Source: Octopus vulgaris (taxonomy: Eukaryota). From it: DNA of 64,000 nt. Position 1 is the stretch's first letter, and each line of letters starts with the position of its first letter. Where the stretch lies: contig OX597815.1 in NCBI GenBank assembly GCA_951406725.2, positions 103,726,001 to 103,790,000 on the forward strand, read 5' to 3'. The position numbers and the translations under genes were made by a program. Under the pieces are notes generated by a model. It was not told the DNA's origin. It ran no database searches and saw only the letters and a list, made by a program, of their open reading frames with translations. Below, piece after piece: positions 54,061 to 64,000 of this stretch.

Positions 54061-54317
54061 AACAATTGCGGCGTGGAAGGTGTTTATAAGCCATTTAAGA
54101 AACTCACAGAAACAGTTAGATTCACTTCAACATTTAAATTCAATTTGCCAAAATATTTTCGTCGTTCTGAGATGCAGCACGGAATTTTGTCAGTGAACAG
54201 GTCGCGGTCTCAAAGCGAGAAAAATTTTTGGCAACTTAACTTTAAATGTTGAAGTGAATCTAACGGTTTTGTGAGTTTCTTAAATGGGTTATAAACACCT
54301 TCCACGCTGCAATTGTT
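54061..54317. repeat. Fold-back inverted repeat (~110-bp arms)
   Basis: aacaattgcggcgtggaaggtgtttataa... pairs with ...ttataaacaccttccacgctgcaattgtt. Confidence 0.9.
54187..54234 (+). ncRNA. Hammerhead motif, G3-C8 swapped core
   Basis: ttgtca-GTGAACA-gg-tcgc(ggtctcaaa)gcga-GAAA-aattt-T-tggcaa. The opposite arm retains cgacGAAAataTTTtggca. Confidence 0.65.
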
Positions 54318-55374
54318 TTGTTCCAGTACATGATCCCAGATCAGGTCACTTGCTATGCAAGTACTTATCCGTAATTATGTTTCTAAGTTATAAAACACAC
54401 TTTCCATAGACACTTGATAAAGTGATTAATTCTTACAATACGAGTTATCTTTTTTGTTCAGCTTAGTTTCTTATACAAAGTGCTCAGAGGAGAATCTATG
54501 ACTAATATAACCCAGTGAACACTTGTTACTTGATATTAGGAAGGAATTGTATAAAGAAAGGCTTAAACTACAGCTGCACTGATTACAGTTATTATTATTG
54601 TTGTTTTTACTGGTGTTTTTTTTTTACTGATGATCATCTTGAAGATTTGATGTCATACACAGTTTAACCGATCGCTTGTAAATGAATTGCTCCAATTAGA
54701 CACGGTATGTATCTTAGCCTAGACACGGTCTGTATGATAATTTTGCATTATTAGAAAACAACTGAGTAAAGAAATCAAATTTCCATCAAATATCAACCTA
54801 TAGCCGTTCGAAAATAACACAAACACTGGATGGTTTCAACAGAAAAATGTGTCATACGTCTGCTCGATCGGACTTAGACCATCTCGTGCTCGATCAGTCA
54901 ATTTCTTTTCACGTAGGGAGCATGGAGTGAACTCTTAATCATCACTACTGTAGTGCCTGTCAGAGTTCCACTATGGGTAAAACAAATTTTTGTAAGGGTA
55001 AATTGAATTTCTTGGCTGCGGTGGAAGCAATCAATCAGGGAGAAGGAAAACTCCTAAATTAATACCTTAATGAAAATTAATATTTAGTATGTTCAATAAT
55101 ATAGATTCGTATTATGGAGTCAAATATCTCATTCTGCCGCAAACCGAGATGATGATAATGATAATGATGATGGTGATGATGTTGATGATGATGAGGAGGA
55201 GGAGAAGGAGAGGTGGACCACGACGACGACGATGATGATACAACAGCAACGACATATAATATCTTGTGTAAGAACTAGATATCCCCTGTATCTGTTTATC
55301 TGTTTTAGGTAGTCTCCAAACGTTGGGCTGTATTTACATGTATATGGCCCGTATTTAAAATAGCAGATACCTGT

Positions 55375-56030
55375 TTAACTCCAGGTAAGCCTTGATTCAC
55401 AAGACGTATTTAAAGAATTATTCCTTCCATGACCATCCCTCCTTACTATAGCACTAGATTCTCCTGTGTGTCTTCTTCTAAGATGGTAATTTGTTAATTG
55501 AAGGAGAATTGGTTGCTATTTCTAATAGGTTGTATGACCAAGTGGAAGCTCTATTTTTTGCTTGTAATAGCAGTCTTTCGATGCTAATGTACGGAGTTCT
55601 TTCTCGTAGACACAGAAACAAAAACATTCTAAAGAGTCGTCTATAAGTACAGTGGGTCCTTTTACATCAAGTTAAATAACATAATATAGAAACAGGTTTT
55701 GTGTACTCAAGGTTGGGTTGGATAGGATGAAAATGTCAAGAACTACGTTTATAAATTTGTATTTGTTGCTCCTTTAGTCTTCCATAAATTATCCATATTG
55801 AATGCTTTTCAGTCCAAATCAATTTTTTACTGCGTACCAATACACAGATACAACAGTGGTATTGATTGTGTTGTTATTGCTTAACCTTAGGTCAGCCCTT
55901 ATTATGTATAGGACTATGAATGGCCCTATTCCATTTATGACTAGCTCGTCTGTGCTTTAGAGTGAATGTATAGTAAGCCGTAATTTTGAAGAGGATTTCA
56001 GGGGGTTTATTGTTAGTAACCTCGGAAACA
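55375..56030 (+). mobile_element. Two copies of an old SINE-like repeat (family C)
   Basis: ttaac..caggt.agcc...gaaggagaattggttgctatttcta motif; similar decayed copies at ~5640-5790, 33900-34100 and 53545-53630 (minus). Confidence 0.45.
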
Positions 56031-56039
56031 GCTTGAAGA

Positions 56040-56690
56040 CTTCACTTTAACACAATTTTAAATAGTTTATTGCCAATAAACGTAGAGAATTTGCCTGAAA
56101 ATAAGATCAATATTAAAATTAAAGCCCTACATAAATGTGTATTGAAATGCAACGTTGCATTTGTGAAAAAGTTAAAGTTCAGTTCCCCTGTATTAAGTAG
56201 TGTTTTCTCTTTTTCTAGCAACTTTATCTTTGCTTTCATGTAAATCACTGATGCTATTTTCTCAAGAATTTCCAGCAAAGTATTTCTGGTAATCGATAAA
56301 TTGAGTATGAATGGATCCATTTTAGAAACGCATCGTTAATCTTCTGCTTGATCCAAGCCTGACATTATTGATATTACGGAAAGTGTACGGCATAATATAA
56401 ACTGATAAATAATTAGAAATTCTCAACCAAACTTGACAAATTGGATGTGAAATCTTCTTACAGGAAACCGCGAAATAATGGAGAATTGGCGATAGAAAGC
56501 TGTAATAACTGAGAAAGGGATTTAATAGAATTCTTTCGCTAGTTTATGCACTTTAGTCATTCGCTGAACACTTTCCAGGATTTCGAATGATTTAAAGTCA
56601 CCTTTAGCCTTTAGATTTATTTATTCTCCAGTGATCCTTGTATCCAGGTTAGCGACTCCAGTAATGTTAATTGCAAACGGAGCCGACAAA
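56040..56690 (-). pseudogene. Possible ancient L1/Tx1 RT remnant
   Basis: Minus strand RGFL..(cf. GFxxGR) then LDQAED*RCVS (cf. LDQEKAFDRV). Confidence 0.3.
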
Positions 56691-56820
56691 TCACTTGTAT
56701 TTATATAAGAATGTTTGAGAATAGTAATGTTTAGACAAGTATCCATTAATCTTTTTCTATTATTCTCTCTCCTCTTTCACCCACTTTATCTATCTATATC
56801 TATGCATATATATATATATA

Positions 56821-56860
<40 letters not shown>

Positions 56861-57053
56861 ACCGCTAATGAGCTCACTAGTTTGTGAATCCACCTATATA
56901 TATATATATCCGTGTCTCCTGTCGTGGTGGTTCATATATCCATTTAGTTTAAAACCCACATATATATATAAAGAGCTGTGGTCCTCTGAAACCCAAGCTG
57001 TTGCATATATGTATATATGCATATATATGTATATATATATATGCATATATATG

Positions 57054-57109
<56 letters not shown>

Positions 57110-58529
57110 TATATATATATGCATATATATATATATATGCATATATATATACATCTATATATATGCATATATATGCATATATATATATGTATATATATAT
57201 ATATACATACATGCATTCATGCGTACATACGTGTATACATAAATACATACGTACATACATACATACATACATACATACATACATACATACATACATACAT
57301 ACAGCAGTGGTGCCCCAGCATGGCCGCGGCCTTCGGGCTATAACATTTTTAAGGATTTAAGGATACATACATACATACATAGGCTAGCATGCATTTTTGC
57401 ATGTATATCAGTAATGCATATCAGTTCAAATTCTTATCGTCAAATTTGCTGAGATTCTCTTTTGAATTGAAGGGAATCAAAAAATGAGATTTTCATTTTC
57501 ACTTTGAATATTACAATTATATTAAACGCGCACACAACTGCATACAATGAAAATAATCATAGCTGTTACAGATAATTCTCTTCGAATGAAATATCTAGTG
57601 AATCGAAATTTTGATCTGAATTTAATTGATCATACCAATATTCTGTAAATCACATTGACTAGGGTTATTTGCTGCTGCCGCGAAAAATAGATTAGGAATC
57701 TTCCTTTAGGTTTTTTTATACTAAAGTGTTATTAAGAATAGTTCAATACAGTATTCCAAGTATTGTGTTGAAAATCAGTTTCTGCTAACGGTATAGTTTT
57801 TATATGCTTGCGCATGAAAATTCTGTGATATGATCTGGCGATAACGGATATATATGTATGGGAATTGTATTAAGTAAATCTAATTCATTGGTAGATAATG
57901 CAATGCTAGTAAATTAAAATGTGATTTATAGAGAAGAAAAACTCTTCACAATAGAATCGACAAAAGAAACAAATCTGTAAACAGACTGTAATATACTGTA
58001 AGCAAAAATCGCATAGGAGTTATATTATGCGAATTATATTGTTTATATTGAAGGTTTTACTTATATATGCCTGTTAACCAAATTTGAGTATATGTTACAG
58101 AAGCCTTAAATTACTCTATATTTATTCAACTCGAAGAATACCTCAGTTTCAAGATCTTATATATATATATTTCGACAAAAACATTTGAATATGTGTATTG
58201 GCAGGTAGACTACACATTTAGTTATATTAATATATATACTATGTGTCTTTATATGTATAACTGACTTTATACAAACTATCAGTTTAAGGCACGAGTAAAC
58301 CTTAATGAACATATAGGCACTTCTTGAAAATATCCTCATTAATATTCAATTCATTAGCTTACTGTTCCAATTAATGAATCCAAATTAATGAAAAAGCTTG
58401 ACCATTGTTTTTTTTTTGTTTTTTTTTATCTCCCATGAAATTGCACTGAGCTGTCATCTTCTATATTTCATTTGTTTTTCTGTCAGATATTATGATGATA
58501 GTGATAATGTGGAACTGATAAAAAAGATT

Positions 58530-58695
58530 AGCACCGCCTTTAGTCGAGCAAATCGACCCCAGGACTTATTCTTCGTAAGCCTAGTACTTATTCTATCGGT
58601 CTCTTTTGCCGAACCACTGAGTTACGAGGACGTAAACACACCAGCATCAGTTGTCAAGCTATGTTGGGGGGACAAACACAGACACACAAACATAT

Positions 58696-58734
<39 letters not shown>

Positions 58735-58855
58735 TACGACGGGCTTCTTTCAGTTTCCGTCTACCAAATCCACTCACAAATCTTTGGTTGGCCCGAGGCT
58801 ACAGGGGAAGCCACTTGCACAAGGTGCCACGCAGTGGGACTTAACCCTGAACCAT
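58530..58855 (-). mobile_element. SINE family A, best-preserved copy
   Basis: B-box-like ggttaagtccc on the minus strand, internal TA tract, multiple homologs in the window. Confidence 0.85.
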
Positions 58856-59104
58856 AATCAAGGTACTTACTACACGTGTGTGTGTATAAATATATATATA
58901 TATATATGTATACATAGTAATTTGTGGTAAATCATTTTACCTTTGCCCATATAATACAGTAAATGAATTGATTGCATCGCAATCATTAACATTTATGTAT
59001 TAACTTTGTTGGGCACTTCACTAGCAGTATATTGGATATATGTTATCCCATGGAGGGTTGCATTTACAACCCCTATCTCAATTTGTATATATATGTATAT
59101 ATAT

Positions 59105-59421
59105 ATAAATTAGAAAAAAAAACACCTTTTAACAATTCAATAATGAAAAATTAAAATAAACCATTTAGAAACGTTACATGTTATAGAAAAATTAAATATA
59201 AGATTAAACATATAATAATGATTGAGTACAAAATGTACAAAATAATAAATAAAGCGTATATATTTATTTTGCACATTACTTAATCATTGTTATATGTTTT
59301 AACTTATATTTAATCTTTCTAAAAGATGTAATTTTTCTAAATGGTATATTTTAATTTTTCATTATTGAATTGATAAAATCTGGGTTTTTTTCTAATTTAT
59401 ATATATATATATATATCGATT

Positions 59422-59476
<55 letters not shown>

Positions 59477-59554
59477 TATATCAAATCGATATATATATAT
59501 ATATATAAATTAGAAAAAAAACCCAGATTTTATCAATTCAATAATGAAAAATTA
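59105..59554. repeat. Overlapping palindromes: diverged 59105-59400 and near-perfect 59352-59554 centred on (TA)n
   Basis: Arms read directly from the sequence. Confidence 0.9.
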
Positions 59555-59568
59555 TTTGTACACACACG

Positions 59569-59642
<74 letters not shown>

Positions 59643-59656
59643 CATACTTGTATATT

Positions 59657-60470
59657 GTATCTCCGTTCGTGAAGCTGTTATTTCCACAGTTCACATCGTT
59701 TACCGAACTGAACCCATGGATCAAGTGTGACATGCAGGCGCTCGTGCTTCTCTCCCAGTTGGGCAACGCCGGTGGCGGGGGTACTACCTCGTTCTTCTAT
59801 AGAGGGTTACTAGCTCTTTAGACATGGGTGTGTGCCTTCGCCGTTTTGTGCAAGATGTGAGCAGGACATTGCACGCGATTGTGCAATGCCCCAGGGTGAC
59901 TGAGCTCTGGGCTTATGTCGAACACCTGCTGTCGCATTCGAGAAGAGTACAGCTGCCGAGCGAATCTGTAATTGAGATCATTTGACCGACCTCCCTGAAT
60001 AGGGAGAAGCGAGCCTGCTCTCTCTCGGTAGTTGCTGTTGCGAAATAGGTAGTATGGAAGACGAGAGTGGAAGGAATTGCAACAGGCATGTTCATCTCCA
60101 GTCTCGAGCTAATCGACTTTTTCGTTTTCCACATGAAACGGAAAATAAGGCTGGAGAAGAAATGCTTGTCGCAAAGTGTGTTTCTTAAAAGATGGAAGTC
60201 TATAGCAAGTATGCTGCGAGTGAAAGAACCTGTCTAAACGAGAATATAAAAAGGAGAAAGCAAAGTATTCAGTGTGAGTATGTGGTTTGTGTGGTCGACC
60301 GCGTCCCCCGCTTCATTTTTTGTAATTCACTCATTCTCATTCAATTCTATGTATTTTAATTGTTTGTTTATTCATACGTTTCGTCTCATTCGATACCCTG
60401 ACCCCAATGTTTATTTTATCTGTCCTCGTATCGTCCCCTCTTTTTCTCAACCTTATTGTCAATAAAACAA
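59657..60470 (+). mobile_element. Tx1/L1-clade LINE 3' end (zf-RVT region and 3' UTR)
   Basis: FYRGL..TLHAIVQCPRVTELWAYVEHLL..VAVAK*VVWKTR..FHMKRKIRLE..FLKRW; stop at ~60237; AATAAA near 60461. Confidence 0.8.
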
Positions 60471-60659
60471 AATTGACTATTAGACAGCATGCCATTATCT
60501 AACCAATTTATCTAATCTATTCCGTATAAGTAAATCTGCTATCCTTCCAAAACATTTACTGAAATTTTCGTGTGTGAACACACAAAAACAATGCGTTTAG
60601 CTTTAAGAAAATTAAAATTCAATCTTGACAGCAATGTATAAAAAACGACTTAAAATGTG

Positions 60660-60733
<74 letters not shown>

Positions 60734-60959
60734 GTTAATCCAAACAAGAAAACACAAAAAAAACACAGCAACGCGAGGACATGGAACAAATATAGTATTA
60801 TTGGATTATTGGACGCTGAGGAAAGAAGGGAAGAAGGAGGGTTTGAGGTCACATTTTGAAAGACCGGAAGTAGAAAGGGTGAAGAAAGTTGTTTTCAAAG
60901 ACAGAAGAGTTTTCAAAGAGTATGGTAGTATGTCAAAGACAAGGAATGTAGGAGGGGGA

Positions 60960-61870
60960 ATGTGTGTGGATGTGTGCGTGCGCGGAGGTCTGCGTGTGCG
61001 CGTGTGTGTGTATGTGTGCAATGATGACACGTGTGTGTGTGTGTGTGCGTGTGTGTTTGTATGTGTGCATGGTTGTGGCTGCAAACAACAGGCTAGCTGG
61101 CTAGTTTGTAAGAATAAGGAGTGGTGTTTTTTTGTGTCCCAGCCACAGGTCAGAACATTGAAGTATGGGTGTGTGTGCGTGTATGTATATGTATCGTGTG
61201 TGTGTTTTGTTTGTAGCGTGTGTGTGTGTATGTGTGTGTTCGTGTGTGTCTGCGTAGAGTTTGGGTGTGTGGCGAATAACTGTGCTTAACTTAGTGTATG
61301 TGTGCGTGTGTGCTTGTACGTGCGTATGTGTGTATATATATGTATGTATAATTGTGTGCGTGTATGTATAATTATGTGCCGTGTGTATGGGATGTATGTG
61401 TGGGTTCATTTGTGTGTGTGTGTATGTATGTGCGTGTAGTTGTGTGTGCGTGTATGTGTGCGTCTGTATGTGTGTGTGTGTGTAAGCGTATATGCGTGTA
61501 TCAGTGGGGTTTTGAGTTTTGGGTGTTGCATTGCTGTGAGTGTGTGCGTGCGTGTTTGTGCGCATGTTTTTGTGTGCGTATGTGTGTATGTGTGTGGCTG
61601 TGCCTCTATGTATGTACGTATGTGTATGTGTGCGTGCGCGTGTAGGTATACATTGTGTGTATGTATATGAATCGGTGTGTATGTGAATTTGTGTGTTTGT
61701 ACGTGTGTATGTGTGTGTGCGTGTATTGTATATATATGTAAATGTGTGTGTGCGTGTGTGTGTACGTTCGTGCGAGTGATTGTATGTATACATGTGCGTG
61801 TGTGTACAAATGTAGAGGTTTATATGTGTGTTTATATGTTTATATGTGTGTATATATATGTATGCAAGCA
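60960..61870. repeat. ~900-bp degenerate (TG)-rich low-complexity tract
   Basis: Visible; generates the 256-aa His/Thr ORF. Confidence 0.9.
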
Positions 61871-62031
61871 CACACTTTATAATTGAAAGATTGATGGAAA
61901 AAAATTGGTGTGGGTGTATATATATATATATATATATTTATTTATTTATTTATATATTTATATAAAGTATAGGTGACATACGAGTGAGTATATATCGCCA
62001 CTATATAAGATAAGTTTTAATTTTTTGAGAG

Positions 62032-62079
62032 ATTTTACATGTTTCGGTTCTTCTTGAAAAAATGAACCTTATCAAAAAT
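62032..62079 (-). ncRNA. Minimal type I hammerhead, U3-A8 core variant
   Basis: Minus strand: attt-TTGATAA-ggttc...gaacc-GAAA-cat-GTA-aaat; stem III palindrome ACATGT. Confidence 0.8.
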
Positions 62080-62131
62080 ATATATATTTTAAAAGTTAAG
62101 TGTAATAAAAAGTTCATAATTGTTTCTTACT

Positions 62132-62222
62132 CATATGGCGTAGTGGTTATGAGCGCGGGCTACTAACCCCAAGACTCCGAGTTTGATTCCAGACAGTGAC
62201 CTGAATAATAATAATAATAATG

Positions 62223-62272
<50 letters not shown>

Positions 62273-62320
62273 TTAGGAATGAGAACCCAGGTTCGAAATT
62301 TCCCAAAGACACGTGATGAA
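62132..62320 (+). mobile_element. Second tRNA-head/(AAT)n/hammerhead element, truncated inside the HHR core
   Basis: TGGCGTAGTGG..GAGTTTGATTCC, (AAT)n, cttaggaatgagaacccaggttcgaaatttccc..gacacGTGATGAa. Confidence 0.85.
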
Positions 62321-62321
62321 A

Positions 62322-63050
62322 ACTCTCTATTGTGGACAAACAATCGGATCGCTAACGTTCATTTTGAAGAGTAAGCGTTTGCAATCCAGGAACAGGAAAT
62401 AGTAACCAAATTGCTGATGCACAAAATGGACAAAGACGCAGGAAAAAACACTAAAATGTAATAACTGATGCGGAATTTGTGGAGTGAGAGCAGAAGATAT
62501 CTACAACATAATAAGCAGTTGTTCATTATTATCAATTTATGAGAGATTTGATGTAGCCAATCCTTCGGGAGGATAATTGTGACATCTAAGATATAAGAAT
62601 TGACAGTGTAGTAGAGGCCGTTGTCAATCATAATATGAAAGCGTACTGGTGGAAATTTTTCTGCAAGAAACCTTAATAAAATGCAGACATAAAAGAGCAG
62701 ACATGGGGATAAGGACAAACAATAGAGAATTTAGACAGTAGCGGAAATCAGTTGCCCAGTAGATCTCAACATAAATCTAAATATCATAAAAAAAGAAGAC
62801 ATCTGTATTGAAATATTGAGCAATTACCAGCAAATCCACTAGGATTGTGAGTTCAGATTTATACCCTTCATCATTGTTGCACTATAGTATGTAACTAACT
62901 GCCTCAGATTTAATATTGAGAAATTGAGCTTTTTATAACCAGAAAGAAGAAAACTAGTGTGAAGATTACAGATACAACTCATCAACGCAACTGTCAAAAT
63001 ATGTCAAACTTGCAGTTTAACATTTAAGAATGTGCATGACTACAAAGCAA
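62322..63050 (+). mobile_element. Divergent R4-like RLE LINE fragment
   Basis: AFAIQEQEI.TK, CGICG..EDI.NIISSC, YWW, CRHKRAD, AEISCP, FIPFIIVAL. Confidence 0.7.
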
Positions 63051-63114
63051 ATGTATGAATGAGAATACATACATAAATCAAAACACAAATCTGCACATAC
63101 ACAGACTCCAAAGA

Positions 63115-63300
63115 TTGCTTTCAAATTTTGGTATAAGGCCAGCAATTTCGGGAAGAAGGTAAGTCTATTAAATCAACCCAAGTGCTCAACTGATAATTCT
63201 TTTATCGACCTCGGAAGGATGATAGGTAAAGTCAACCTCAGTGGAATTTGAATTGAGAACGAACGAAATGCCGCTAAGCATTTTACCCAGAGTGCTAATC
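63115..63300 (-). mobile_element. SINE family B copy
   Basis: aaggccagcaatttcggg..tatcgacc.cggaaggatga.aggtaaagtcaacctcagtggaatttgaa. Confidence 0.75.
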
Positions 63301-64000
63301 CTTACTCCAAATATTGCACACATAAACTCAAACATGCACAAATACCTTGTTCATGCTTTTCTAAAATTGCAATGCAACAGACTTGGATCTAGGTCTGAAA
63401 TCGGTTCTTTCTTCATTAGCAAAGAAATATAGAAATAAAACTGAATAATTACATAAATATACATCTATAATTTGTAACATATTTAGAGTTTTTCGAAAAT
63501 GCGTGTTTTAAGATCTTTGAGTGATATTAAATATTTTATAGGATTTCAATAATATATAATTGAGGAAGAATAATTAAAATGTATATAGATGAAGCTAAAG
63601 TAAAACTAAATGCAAGGATTGAATATCTTTCCATCATATCAAATAGCAATGTTTTTCCAAGTGATCGTTTCTCTTTCGTAATCTATATTTGATTACTGTA
63701 CAATTGTATCAGCCTATATATTGTTGATTACTAACTCACTAGTGCAAACAGAGCTGTTGGAAAGACAAAAGTAAAATATGGATCTCTGCAGTGATGACAA
63801 TGATATATTTTACAAAACATTAATAATTACACCAGTAGACAATACAAGTGATTAACAAAATATTCAGCAGCTCAAATTAAAAAATACAGCAAAAATGGAA
63901 GACGAATGATATCGAAAGCAGCAACAAGAACCAAAGGAATAGACGCAGCACGAATTACTATTAGTGTTATTATGCTTTTGACAATTACAAGCATATTCAT

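Noticed and set aside
56859-56930. ccaccgCTAATGA..hairpin..GTCgtggtgg
   Set aside because: Core mutated, GAAA absent and interrupted by (TA)n; too degenerate to call
56715-57360. Overlapping Tyr/Ile ORFs
   Set aside because: (TA)n/(TACA)n translations
61101-61871. 256-aa His/Thr-rich ORF
   Set aside because: Translation of a degenerate (CA)n tract

Overview
AT-rich, microsatellite-dense eukaryotic DNA. The repeat content resembles an octopus (coleoid cephalopod) genome; this is inferred from recalled repeat families and is not verified. I see no convincing host-gene exon, so the window is probably intergenic or deep intronic. Most entries in the ORF track are translations of microsatellites. 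The real coding remnants are all transposon-derived: mariner (DD34D), a DD37D Tc1/mariner, Penelope-like elements (RT and GIY-YIG), R4/Dong RLE LINEs inserted in (AAT)n, Tx1/L1 and CR1/L2. There are also two abundant SINE families and a Tigger/pogo-type MITE. The most notable signal, found by hand-folding, is about a dozen minimal type I hammerhead-ribozyme (HHR) motifs from many unrelated repeat families. They have short palindromic stem III and show compensatory core variants (C3-G8, U3-A8, G3-C8, plus U4C). Among them are a tandem/inverted ~330-bp retrozyme-like repeat (15311-16182) and an element joining a tRNA-like Pol III head, an (AAT)n spacer and a hammerhead (14593-15262; second copy 62132-62320). 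Coordinates were counted by eye and may be off by a few bases.
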